A stretch of DNA of 37,398 bases from Candidatus Hadarchaeota archaeon (GTDB lineage: Archaea > Hadarchaeota > Hadarchaeia > Hadarchaeales > Hadarchaeaceae), in the NCBI GenBank assembly GCA_964433595.1, contig CAYSRF010000003.1:1-37398 (forward strand). Direction: 5' to 3'. A program made the translations under genes and the position numbers. The first letter of the stretch is position 1. Each line of letters starts with the position of its first letter. A model generated the notes under the pieces. The model had not been told where the DNA came from and ran no database searches. It saw only the letters and a list, made by a program, of their open reading frames with translations. Shown piece after piece: positions 28,058 to 37,239 of this stretch.

Positions 28058-28128
28058 GATATACCCACCGACAACCCAGAAAGCTCAAGCGGTTCTATGA
28101 AAATGTATTTGGATGGAAAACCAAGAAA
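28058..28128 (+). pseudogene. Frameshifted remnant of a VOC/glyoxalase family gene
   Basis: Reads DIPTDNPE / frameshift / LKRFYENVFGWKTKK, matching the VOC N-terminal pattern '[22 protein letters not shown]'. Confidence 0.55.
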
Positions 28129-28199
28129 TCCCAAGTATTAATTGGGGTTTGGCCGTCCTTTTTGAACTGATGTAGCTTATTAAAGCGACCCGCAGGTTC

Positions 28200-29162
28200 T
28201 TACAGTAGTAAAAATGGCAGCGATAACAATATGAGTATTATAATGTAAACTGCAAATGTCGAGACGATTTCCTTTCCGTTCTTCGGCAAGTTACTCTTGA
28301 ATAGAATTCTGATAGGGGCCGTAATCGCTGAGGAAATAAACTTGGGGAGAGGCAGCATGAAAGGAGAACTCTCTCGATACCTTGAATAACTTTTACCATA
28401 TAATTTAACCATTTTAATTTCCTCTCTCAATGCGACACAAATTACTGCTAGGGATGTAATCAACCATGGAAAGCTCGCTCCCGGATTTATGCCTCCAAAA
28501 GGTACTGGGGAAAGGGATGCAAGCAACATGACTCCGTAACTCCATATGAGGAAGCCTAAGTACTGAGGATGCCTTGAATACTTGTAGATCCAGAAATCAA
28601 ATATTTTTCTTCTTTCGAATTTCCCGTAGAACCAAGTAATCGTGCCCAAAATGAAAACAAAAATACCTAACCCTATAGCCAAAGTTGATATGGGCACTCC
28701 GATCTCTACTCCTATTAGTCTAAACGGGTACGCTATGACCATATACGGAAGGTAGACGACATCTCCCAGCTTCAAGAGGTCTATAGAAGAATCCAAAAAA
28801 GGCATCCATAGGGCCCTCAGTACCCCAGAGCCAGCGAGAAAGAACATTGATGCGGCAAAGTAACCGAAGGTTGGTATGAAAAAGGCAATTGACCCCATGG
28901 AGGACAGACCTCTTTTACCTTTTATGAAACCCACAACTATCAAGGATAAAACAACCCCAAGGCAAGCATAGCCTATTGGCCTTACATTTCTCAGAAACTC
29001 CTCTGCACGCTCAGGTTCTGCCCATTGACTAATATCTGGAAAATGAGCCCTTAGTACGTTGTTAATTACATAGGGAATCTCCAAAGTAACAAAAGTCAAA
29101 GCTAGGGTGAACACAACCGCCAAAAGGATTAAAATGAGGAGTTTTGAATTCATTCTAATCAT
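28200..29162 (-). CDS. Membrane methyltransferase-like protein (ICMT/PEMT/DUF1295 family)
   Basis: Multiple TM helices; IYKYSRHPQYLG and REEIKMVKLYGKSYSRY motifs. Confidence 0.75.
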   Translation of the reverse strand: MIRMNSKLLILILLAVVFTLALTFVTLEIPYVINNVLRAHFPDISQWAEPERAEEFLRNVRPIGYACLGVVLSLIVVGFIKGKRGLSSMGSIAFFIPTFGYFAASMFFLAGSGVLRALWMPFLDSSIDLLKLGDVVYLPYMVIAYPFRLIGVEIGVPISTLAIGLGIFVFILGTITWFYGKFERRKIFDFWIYKYSRHPQYLGFLIWSYGVMLLASLSPVPFGGINPGASFPWLITSLAVICVALREEIKMVKLYGKSYSRYRESSPFMLPLPKFISSAITAPIRILFKSNLPKNGKEIVSTFAVYIIILILLSLPFLLL

Positions 29163-29363
29163 CTTGACTCCTCACTCTTGTTTAATCAGACGCATTTAAA
29201 TTTTGTTTCACGAAAGTAACATATAAAAAATAAAAAAACCTATTTTTCATGTCCAAATCGTTTTTTGAACGCATGGACTTAGTTTTAAGTCTTTCTGATG
29301 TTTGCCCAACTCTCTGACTCATCAAATTAAAGGGTTCTGAACCAAAATAAAAGTGGGGAGAAA

Positions 29364-29567
29364 TTGGGCGTAGTTTTCAAACCCGAGGACGTGCTTAAGG
29401 GACGAAGGCACATGCTCAAGAAGGCTGCCAGAGATTTGGCCCCCGGGCAAGTAGAGCGGGTAGAGGGCATCCTACAAAGATGGGATGAAAAATCCAAGCA
29501 GGAACTTGTAAAACTCCTAGGCGAGGAGCGAGCGAGGCGCTTACTGGCCGATTTGGGCATATTCTAG
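29364..29567 (+). CDS. Small hypothetical protein (67 aa)
   Basis: GGGGAG SD-like element before TTG; protein-like helical composition. Confidence 0.5.
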   Translation: MGVVFKPEDVLKGRRHMLKKAARDLAPGQVERVEGILQRWDEKSKQELVKLLGEERARRLLADLGIF

Positions 29568-29622
29568 TTGTGTTCAAAAGTTCAATTCTAAAAGTTTAAT
29601 ATCGAGCTACCAAATTTTACTC

Positions 29623-29697
29623 GGGCCCGTGGTCCAGTGGTTAAGACATCACCCTCACACGGTGGAAACCGGGGTTCGAATCCCCGCGGGCCCACCA
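29623..29697 (+). tRNA. tRNA-Val(CAC), CCA encoded
   Basis: Acceptor GGGCCCG/CGGGCCC; anticodon arm TCACC-CT CAC AC-GGTGG; T-arm CGGGG-TTCGAAT-CCCCG; TATA TTTAATAT at 29595-29602. Confidence 0.95.
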
Positions 29698-29798
29698 CTT
29701 TTTGAATGTGAGTCCTTTACGGGAAAGGTATACACAATGTATCAACTAGTTACCGAAGAAGAGCAAAAACGATTTATTAAACAACTGTGGAGTAGGCC

Positions 29799-30908
29799 AT
29801 GGTGATGCAAATTTTTAATGAATTAGAAGAGAAGGAGAAAAGGATACGAGGTCTGCTTGAAAGGGAGAAATTGGACGCCGTAGCGCTGTTCAATCTGAAC
29901 AACTTTTTCTGGATAACTGGAGGCGCGGACTGCCATGTGGTCAACGCCACCGACAAAGGCTCCACAGCAATTGTAATAACCAAGGACGAAAAGCACGCGG
30001 TCACCTCAAACATAGAGGCAAACCGAATCATGGCCGAGGAATTGGAGGGGAAAGGTTATCAAATGACCTCCTTCAACTGGCATGAAAAAAATCTCACTCA
30101 AGCCGTCCAGCAACTAACGGAAGGAATGTCAGTGGGATCTGATGTGACTGTTCCGGGATTGAAACTCATTGAGGATAAACTATGCAACTTGCGACTAACA
30201 CTCATGCCCGGGGAAGTGGCTCGGCTCAGAAAGCTAGCCAAGGAAGCCTCAAAGTGCATGGAAATTACATGTTTGGAGATTAAACAGGGGGACACGGAAC
30301 ACCTCATCGCATCAAGACTCAGCTCTGAACTATTGCAACGCGGCATCACACCTTCGGTAGTCCTCGTTGGCACGGATGAACGCATCTTCAAGTACCGGCA
30401 CCCCATACCCACACATAAGCAAGTGAAGAAGTATGCGATGGTAGTTGTGGTGGCCCAAAGATGGGGACTTCATGCCGCCCTTACTCGGTGTGTATACTTT
30501 GGGTCCCTGCCCCAAGAAATTCGGCGAAAACAGAAGGCTGTAACGAAAGTTGACGCTGCATTTATTCTCAATACTAAGCCTGGGGTTGAAGACTCCCAAG
30601 TGTTGAGAAAGGGAATACAAGCTTACGCTGAAGTGGGTTTTCCCGATGAGTGGAGGCTGCATCACCAAGGCGGCGTGATTGGTTACCAGCCTCGGGAGTA
30701 TGTGGCCACATTAGACACCCACCAGATCATTAAGGTCAATCAGGCAGTAGCTTGGAACCCCTCAATCACGGGCACAAAATCAGAGGACACAATTCTCGTG
30801 ATTGGGGATAAACCAGAAATTTTAACTGAAAGCATTGATTGGCCAACGATGACAGTAACTATCGAGGACCAAGAAATACTTCGCCCCGACATCTTGACTA
30901 GAAAGTAA
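29799..30908 (+). CDS. M24 family (Xaa-Pro) metallopeptidase-like protein
   Basis: Creatinase-like N-domain (NFFWITGG); YRHPIPT, HHQGG..GY..RE and WNPSITGTKSEDT motifs. Confidence 0.85.
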   Translation: MVMQIFNELEEKEKRIRGLLEREKLDAVALFNLNNFFWITGGADCHVVNATDKGSTAIVITKDEKHAVTSNIEANRIMAEELEGKGYQMTSFNWHEKNLTQAVQQLTEGMSVGSDVTVPGLKLIEDKLCNLRLTLMPGEVARLRKLAKEASKCMEITCLEIKQGDTEHLIASRLSSELLQRGITPSVVLVGTDERIFKYRHPIPTHKQVKKYAMVVVVAQRWGLHAALTRCVYFGSLPQEIRRKQKAVTKVDAAFILNTKPGVEDSQVLRKGIQAYAEVGFPDEWRLHHQGGVIGYQPREYVATLDTHQIIKVNQAVAWNPSITGTKSEDTILVIGDKPEILTESIDWPTMTVTIEDQEILRPDILTRK

Positions 30909-31019
30909 CCTCCCCTGTGTATCCGAACGATTTGAGGCTTGCGAGGGAACAATTGGGGAACAACGCAATTAGGCTGTCCATGGATTGGAGTATAGATTAG
31001 TATTTTCTAGTATCCACTG

Positions 31020-31781
31020 CTAAGATTTCTTCGAAAGCTTCAGCATATCAGAATAAATGCACCGCTTGAGCGAAATCTTCGGTGAGCGCTTCGGCTTTTC
31101 GACGAGTTCGACCCCAGCTCCCCTTATGACGACAACGGGCACTCCCTCAGCGGCTTCCCCCATCACGACCTGAGCCGCCGTGGCAAGCTGGTCCGCGAGC
31201 GCCCGAAATGTTATGCGGAGCGGCTTGCCGTAGAGGTCGTGCTGTCCACGGCAGTCTACGACAGGTTCCAATCCCGCCACCCCTATCGCTTGACCAACGG
31301 TCCCCAGGCGAAGGGGCTTGACGTTGCTGTCGGCGATGATCACGCCAATCCTAGCGTTCGTCCTCCGTGCGATCGTTCGCTGCAGTTCCCTCGCGGCGCG
31401 GTTTGGGTTTGTGGGCATGAGCACGACATGGCCGGGTGGGGCATTTGAGCTATCCACCCCCGCGTTCGCGCAAATCACTCCGCTCTTCAATGTTAGGATA
31501 ACGTCCTTCGAAATGTTAAGCACACGGCTCGCCTCGCGCAGCACGATCTCGACAAACTCTGGGTCCTGACCGCTCTTCGCCGCAATTTTCCTAGCGCGCG
31601 CCGATGGACGGACCCTCACGAGTTCTCGCATCCGCCCCTGCGCAGTCGCGACAACCTTCGAGGAGATCACGATGATATCTCCATCCCGAAGGCCGCCAAC
31701 CTGCTCAGCCGCTCTCGCTATCATCGCCGGCAGGTCGTCGCCGGACTTGATCAGCGGCATTTTCAAACCTAGAACTCTCAT
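31020..31781 (-). CDS. cofE: CofE family gamma-glutamyl ligase, paralogue 1 (coupled to folP)
   Basis: PLIKSGDDL, SSKVVA, CANAGVDSSN, DLYG and VMGEAAEGVP motifs; ATGA overlap with folP. Confidence 0.85.
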   Translation of the reverse strand: MRVLGLKMPLIKSGDDLPAMIARAAEQVGGLRDGDIIVISSKVVATAQGRMRELVRVRPSARARKIAAKSGQDPEFVEIVLREASRVLNISKDVILTLKSGVICANAGVDSSNAPPGHVVLMPTNPNRAARELQRTIARRTNARIGVIIADSNVKPLRLGTVGQAIGVAGLEPVVDCRGQHDLYGKPLRITFRALADQLATAAQVVMGEAAEGVPVVVIRGAGVELVEKPKRSPKISLKRCIYSDMLKLSKKS

Positions 31782-32671
31782 CCCATCCCTTCTGCATCTC
31801 GAATCGCTTCGGCCAACCGAACGGCTTGAAGTGTTTCTTTCACATCATGAGTCCGAACTACGCTGGCGCCGTTGAGCACAGCTATCGCAGTCGCGGCGAG
31901 CGAGCCTACGAGACGATCGGCTGGGTTGGGCAAGTTAAGCACTTTGCCGATGAAAGTTTTCCTTGATATCCCGACGCAGATTGGGCGTTTCAATCCCTTC
32001 AGCCTCCCGAGTTCAGCTATGATTTGTAAATCAAAAAAAGTTGCGGCAGGGTAAGCCCATTTCCCGTGCGGCTCGTTCGCGCGTTCACCTAGCCTTTTGA
32101 GTCTAGCTGGCCAATATCCAATCGCTGGGTCGAGGACGACTTTTTTGAGTGGAATGCCATGCTCGCGGCATATGTGCAGACTTTCCCCGAGGACTTGGCG
32201 GATCTCATCGATTTTGTAGACATCTCCAGGGGCGCGCTTTGTCGCCATCAGCACAGCTGAGCAACCAGCGCCAGTGATGACCTCAGCCATCTTGGGATCC
32301 GACTTGAGCCCGCTGATGTCGTTGATCACGGTCGCCCCGGCACTGATGGCCGCCTCTGCAATTTCTGCTCGTTGAGTGTCGGCCGAGATGGGGGCATCGA
32401 ACTCGCGAGCCATAGCTCTGATTATCGGGATTAACTCACGCATTTCTCGTTCAGCCGAGATCAGTTTCGACCTAGGCCCAGTGCCCATCGCCCCTACATC
32501 GATGATGCGGGCGCCCTCCTTGATCGCTTTCGAAACTCTTCCAACGGCTTCTCGCTCACCTCGTACGATTGAACCCTTGTAGAAGGAGTCAGGACTCAGG
32601 TTGAGAGCATAAATTATTGCCACGGGCTCGCAGTCACCGACTTCCACCTTGCCCAGCATCGCTTCTGCCAC
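31778..32671 (-). CDS. folP: Dihydropteroate synthase
   Basis: LNLSPDSF, IIDVGA, ISADT, INDISG, LDPAIG, GISRKTF and VRTHDV motifs. Confidence 0.92.
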   Translation of the reverse strand: MAEAMLGKVEVGDCEPVAIIYALNLSPDSFYKGSIVRGEREAVGRVSKAIKEGARIIDVGAMGTGPRSKLISAEREMRELIPIIRAMAREFDAPISADTQRAEIAEAAISAGATVINDISGLKSDPKMAEVITGAGCSAVLMATKRAPGDVYKIDEIRQVLGESLHICREHGIPLKKVVLDPAIGYWPARLKRLGERANEPHGKWAYPAATFFDLQIIAELGRLKGLKRPICVGISRKTFIGKVLNLPNPADRLVGSLAATAIAVLNGASVVRTHDVKETLQAVRLAEAIRDAEGMG

Positions 32672-32875
32672 GTGTCCACGCTCGGCTAGAACTTATGCAG
32701 TATGAATAAAGCTTTGATGTAAAAGGGCGCAATAAAAATTCGTTTTCTTTCTTCATATAAAATAAATATCTGGTGGCAAGGGATCTGCGGTGAAGTATCC
32801 ACACAAAAACTTCACAAACTTTTAAACCTGACATTTACAATCGCTAACTGGGTTCAGGATGAAGCTTCACTCAAG

Positions 32876-34030
32876 GTGATGAGGATGGTCAAAGTATTCA
32901 ATGATCTCATAAAGGAAGTGACAACCCCAGGTTACTGCCTCGCCTGCGGGGCATGCGTCGCCTCCTGCCCATATGAGTGTCTTGCGATGGAAGGGGAAAC
33001 GCCAGCTTTAAAGAAGGCGTGCTTGAACTGCGGCATATGCTACGAGGAGTGCCCGCAGGTGATTGACCCGAAGCAGCTCGAGCGAAAAATTTTCGGACGG
33101 AGGTCGTCGGACGAGGAGGTGCTCGGCATCTATCGACAAGCGCTTTCGGTCGAGACGAGGTCTCCCGACATCAAGACGCGCGCCCAAGATGGCGGGGCGG
33201 TTACCACACTTTTGGCATCGCTCCTCGAAGATGGGTTCATCGATGGCGCCATCGTGATGGGTGTGGGGTCCCTGCCGTGGCAGCCCACCCCGAGGGTTGC
33301 GACGATCCGCAAGGAGCTCATCGAGTGCGCGGGTACGAAGTATGCAATGGGACCGCTCTTCTTGGGGCTGCGGGATGCCGTCGACCTGTACTACTGCTCG
33401 CGAGTGGCAGTCGTTGGCACGCCTTGTCAGATCGCCGCCTCGCGCCGGATGCAGCTATCGAAGCTAACCAACCGCCGCTTGAGTGGGACGATCGTGCTCC
33501 ACTTGGGGTTATTCTGCGAGCGCGCCTATGAGTACGAAAAATTTTTTAGAGGCATCGTCCAGAAGCAGCTCCGCACCCCCCTTCCTGAAGTCGTGAAGTT
33601 CGACATTAAACGGGGGCGGTTCATCATCTATCGCAGGCACAAACCAAGGCGCGAGCTGGTTCTAGAAGCGGTGGAACGATACGCTTGTCAGCCATGCAAA
33701 GTGTGCATGGACTTCGCGGCTGAACTTGCGGACATCTCGGTGGGTTCGGCCGGGTCGCCCCTCAGCAGGTCTACGGTGCTCATCCGGACGCAAACTGGCT
33801 CCGAGGCTTTCGATATTGCTCGAAGGTTCAGGGGACTTGACGTGCTCGAGCTTGAGAAGGTCAAGCCCGGTATCGATGCAATCAGAAAGACCTCGAAGGA
33901 GAAGAAGCTCAAGGCTGCGAGGGAACTCCATCGGATCAAGCTGCAGGGGAAACCCCTACCGACATGGACGCAGAAACAACCGCCAGCTCCTAAAGAAGAA
34001 GAACTTTTGCAATTGATTGCACAGCTTTAG
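32876..34030 (+). CDS. Coenzyme F420 hydrogenase/dehydrogenase beta subunit family (FrhB/FpoF-like) with N-terminal 2x[4Fe-4S]
   Basis: CLACGACVASCP, CLNCGICYEECP, AQDGGAVT, GTPCQ, GLFC and CKVCMDFAAELADISVG motifs. Confidence 0.9.
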   Translation: MMRMVKVFNDLIKEVTTPGYCLACGACVASCPYECLAMEGETPALKKACLNCGICYEECPQVIDPKQLERKIFGRRSSDEEVLGIYRQALSVETRSPDIKTRAQDGGAVTTLLASLLEDGFIDGAIVMGVGSLPWQPTPRVATIRKELIECAGTKYAMGPLFLGLRDAVDLYYCSRVAVVGTPCQIAASRRMQLSKLTNRRLSGTIVLHLGLFCERAYEYEKFFRGIVQKQLRTPLPEVVKFDIKRGRFIIYRRHKPRRELVLEAVERYACQPCKVCMDFAAELADISVGSAGSPLSRSTVLIRTQTGSEAFDIARRFRGLDVLELEKVKPGIDAIRKTSKEKKLKAARELHRIKLQGKPLPTWTQKQPPAPKEEELLQLIAQL

Positions 34031-35000
34031 CCGGCTCGGGCCCCATCGGTGACCCTATCACCGTGCGGGTTATGCCAAAGCGTTTCAATTCCTCGATGCG
34101 CGCGGCGAGTTCATCGACTGTACCGCAGACCGAAAATGCATCTATCATGCGTTCGGTTACCGCCGCGCGGGCCTTTTTCAGTTCTCCAGCCTTGAGCAGG
34201 CGGCGGATCGACTCAACCTCCTCGACTTCGATGCCGTGACGTTCGAGCGATGTGCGGGGGGCTGACGAAGTCACGAACGAAACAACCCCGCGAGTTGCGT
34301 CCCTCGCTTTCTTCACATCACCCCCAACCGACACAACTAGATACGCAACGAAATCGAATGTTTTAGAGGCCTTCCCGCTCGAGCGCAGTCCCCTCTTGAT
34401 GTACCCGATGCACTCTAGGATGTCATCGGGGTGTGAGGCGTTAATGAGGGCTCCATCGGCGACCGAGCCCGCGAGTTCAAGCATGCGCTGCCGCCGTCCG
34501 CCGATGTAGATGGGAATCTTGCTTACTGGCTTGAACCTGAGTCCCGCACCCTTGCACGAGAAGAGCTCCCCCTCGAAGCTCACGCGTTTCCCGGCGAGGA
34601 ATTCGCGCACGATGTGGATGGCCTCCCGTACCGCCGTGACGGGCTTCCTTTGCTCTATCCCAACCGTCGCGAGGAAGAACGGATCCCCCGCAGAAATCCC
34701 CAGCAGCGTTCGCCCGCGTGAAATTTCGTTGAGGGTCGCGACGGCAGCTGCGGTTACGGTAGGGTGAACTAAGTAAGGGTTCGTCACGCCCGGGCCCAGC
34801 CTCACTCGGCGTGTCTCGAGCGCGAGTTGGGTGAGCACGGGGTAAACGTAGCGGTTGTGATAGTGATCGCAGACCCAAATCTGCTCGAAGCCGGAGCGCT
34901 CGACTAATCGGGCCAGCTTGACTAGGGTGTCCAGCTTCATGTAAGGGACGAATTCGACACCAAATTTCAATTTCAACCCTCTCGGATTTAAGGTGGACAT
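33990..35000 (-). CDS. mer: F420-dependent methylene-tetrahydromethanopterin reductase (Mer) family
   Basis: KFGVEFVP, WVCDHYHNR, LGPGVTNPY, GDP, DGALINASHP and IGSPMGP motifs; start at ATG 35000 or slightly downstream, not 35111. Confidence 0.88.
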   Translation of the reverse strand: MSTLNPRGLKLKFGVEFVPYMKLDTLVKLARLVERSGFEQIWVCDHYHNRYVYPVLTQLALETRRVRLGPGVTNPYLVHPTVTAAAVATLNEISRGRTLLGISAGDPFFLATVGIEQRKPVTAVREAIHIVREFLAGKRVSFEGELFSCKGAGLRFKPVSKIPIYIGGRRQRMLELAGSVADGALINASHPDDILECIGYIKRGLRSSGKASKTFDFVAYLVVSVGGDVKKARDATRGVVSFVTSSAPRTSLERHGIEVEEVESIRRLLKAGELKKARAAVTERMIDAFSVCGTVDELAARIEELKRFGITRTVIGSPMGPEPAKAVQSIAKVLLL

Positions 35001-35021
35001 GCTAAAATACTCCTCGGTGCT

Positions 35022-35765
35022 TTGGTGCAAATCATCGCGCTCCAAGGATTGCCACTCGTAAAAAAAGGCGACGATGTTGGAGAACTCATTGTTGATGCAG
35101 CACAAAAACAAGGGTTACACCTCGAGAATGGGGATGTCATCGTCATTGCGCAGACGATAGTTTCAAAGGCGGAGGGAAATGTTATCGATCTGCGCGAGGT
35201 GAAGCCGAGCAAACTGGCCGAACAAATAGCGGCACGACTTGACAAGGATCCCCGCGAGGTCGAGGTAATTTTACAGCAATCTAGTGAAATTGTGAGGCTG
35301 AGGCACGTAATCATTTCGCGCACCAAGCACGGGTTCGTCTGCGCGAATGCCGGAGTCGACCACTCGAATGTCGAACCGGAGCATGTTACGATTCTACCTG
35401 ATGACCCTGATGCAAGCGCTACCAGAATTCGGGATCTCATCAAACGCAAACTTGGCACGGAGGTCTCGGCAATCATCACCGATACTCAAGGGCGAGCCTT
35501 CAGACAGGGCTGTGTCGGCGTTGCGGTTGGTGTCGCCAGGATGAGCCCGCTGCTTGACCTCCGGGGCAAGCGAGACCTCCATGGGAAGGAACTCCGCGTG
35601 ACGATAACCTCCCCCGCCGATGCTTTGGCTGCAGCAGCGGTCTCGGTCATGGGGGAGGCAAGCGAGGGAACTCCTGTGGTCGTGGTTAAGGGGGCAATCT
35701 ACGAGCGAGAAAACGGAAATGCGAGGGAACTCGTGATGCCGCCGGAGCGGGATCTCTTCAGGTAA
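35022..35765 (+). CDS. cofE: Coenzyme F420-0:L-glutamate ligase, paralogue 2
   Basis: IVSKAEG, CANAGVDHSN, DTQGRAFRQG, VMGEASEGTP and C-terminal RDLFR, i.e. the canonical CofE motif set. Confidence 0.92.
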   Translation: MVQIIALQGLPLVKKGDDVGELIVDAAQKQGLHLENGDVIVIAQTIVSKAEGNVIDLREVKPSKLAEQIAARLDKDPREVEVILQQSSEIVRLRHVIISRTKHGFVCANAGVDHSNVEPEHVTILPDDPDASATRIRDLIKRKLGTEVSAIITDTQGRAFRQGCVGVAVGVARMSPLLDLRGKRDLHGKELRVTITSPADALAAAAVSVMGEASEGTPVVVVKGAIYERENGNARELVMPPERDLFR

Positions 35766-35857
35766 CCATAACTGTCATGCTTTTTCACTACTACACTAAT
35801 AATCAGCTTTTCCTTACAAATTTGGTATGGGTTTAAATACGGGGGACAAAAAAGAAT

Positions 35858-35921
35858 GTGGGTTCTTCAGCCACAACGGCGTGGGGTTCGGCAAGAATTC
35901 AGCACGTCATTACACACCCAT
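35858..35921 (+). ncRNA. Candidate small structured RNA
   Basis: Orphan TATA (TTTAAATA, 35832-35839) between convergent genes; complementary ends GTGGGT/ACCCAT and internal hairpin potential. Confidence 0.25.
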
Positions 35922-35923
35922 AT

Positions 35924-37126
35924 TTACTCAAAATCCACCTTGATGCCATAAATAAACCGAAGGGCCGCGTAGTGATCCCCCAGTTCTAGTGACCGAACTC
36001 TACTCAAAATAGCTTCAGATCTGTAACTGCGTGAAATTTCCTTCATATCCACATATGCGCTAGTGCCATTTTTAGACCCACATTTCGGAATGATAACTTT
36101 TCCATCGGGGTAGAGGATAACTTTAGCAACACCATCTACTTCGTTTAACTTGTGACCCCCGCCATGAGGGAGTATATTCGCCCTTCTTAACTTCTCATAC
36201 GCCCATCCTTCAATCGGTCCTGATACGATCTCTCTAATTTTTTCTGGGGAAATGTTCATTTTGCCTTTAACGAGATACGCTGACAGGCTATCGCTCAGCG
36301 TTGCCACGAAAACTTCCCCCTCTTTACTGATAATATTACATCCGATAATCGCTTCATTGGGCCCAGTTAATTCATAATGGTTATGATTTGCTATTATCTC
36401 GTTGCTTCCGAAAATCTCTTCAAAAAGAAGTTTTCGCTTTTTTCTAGAAAAATCACTTGCATACTTACAACGTCTCTCATATTCTCTTGCATCGTCGCCT
36501 TGTAAAATGAATGATTTACCGAAGGGAGTTTGCATCTCTTCGGCTCTTTCACGAACAAAGTTGGTTAGTGGGTCACGCATTTTGTCTGAAGAAGTGTGCA
36601 AAACTGCGACCACTTTGGGTAAATCTAGAACTTGATTTTCAACCTCATATAAATTCAAAAAGTGGCTGCCCGGGCTAAAATTTCTTAACCCTATTTTTCT
36701 ACCATCAATTTCAAGATTTTTTTCTTTCATTTTGTGTAAAGTGTCTAATATTCCCTCGAGATCGGGGTCGTTTTTTACCGCGCCAACCAACATGCCACAA
36801 AAGTCAAATTCCATCTCTCCAGGGATGAGGTCATACGAGCCATCCCCCCATATGATTTTACCCCCCTCAGGAACTGACGCATAAAATTTGTGGGGGGATG
36901 TTTGAAACGTGAAGTCTGGCGCACCGATAAACATGCCTCGTGGTCTATATCCCAACTTTTCCTGAATGTAATGCATCTTTGCTATATACAAGATTGCATT
37001 TATCCTGCCAACCTCTTCAGCGGGGTCGCCCATCCCTAAGCTAAAAAGATATTTTTCTGCATTCTTCATTCTTCCATCAAATTCTTCCTTTTTTAGTGAG
37101 TAGCCTCCTCTTAGTTCGTATTCCAT
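35924..37126 (-). CDS. Divergent RtcB-fold protein (about 400 aa, start ATG 37126)
   Basis: Ordered motifs PD, DFCGM, GSHF, LHTSS, NHNH and PHGGG parallel RtcB's PD, DIGCG, GNHF, HSGSRG, HN and HGAGR. Confidence 0.6.
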   Translation of the reverse strand: MEYELRGGYSLKKEEFDGRMKNAEKYLFSLGMGDPAEEVGRINAILYIAKMHYIQEKLGYRPRGMFIGAPDFTFQTSPHKFYASVPEGGKIIWGDGSYDLIPGEMEFDFCGMLVGAVKNDPDLEGILDTLHKMKEKNLEIDGRKIGLRNFSPGSHFLNLYEVENQVLDLPKVVAVLHTSSDKMRDPLTNFVRERAEEMQTPFGKSFILQGDDAREYERRCKYASDFSRKKRKLLFEEIFGSNEIIANHNHYELTGPNEAIIGCNIISKEGEVFVATLSDSLSAYLVKGKMNISPEKIREIVSGPIEGWAYEKLRRANILPHGGGHKLNEVDGVAKVILYPDGKVIIPKCGSKNGTSAYVDMKEISRSYRSEAILSRVRSLELGDHYAALRFIYGIKVDFE

Positions 37127-37239
37127 TAAACCGCCCCAAATAATAATGACAATCTCCACGATAACTTTTGCGGATGCCGCCTCGCTCGCGATATTTGGCC
37201 GAACCGAAAGTAGCAAGGTAGGGTATGTAAGTTCATTAT

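Noticed and set aside
13081-29697. Integrated element bounded by tRNA-Arg or tRNA-Val 3' ends
   Set aside because: No duplicated tRNA 3' end (att site) and no integrase seen; the shared GGGCCC stems are ordinary tRNA similarity and the intervening genes are housekeeping.
35001-35111. N-terminal extensions in the ORF track for mer (35111), mptE (19097), metE (22354), hisC (9104) and the RtcB-like gene (37216)
   Set aside because: The extensions overlap neighbouring genes or lack family similarity; downstream starts fit better.
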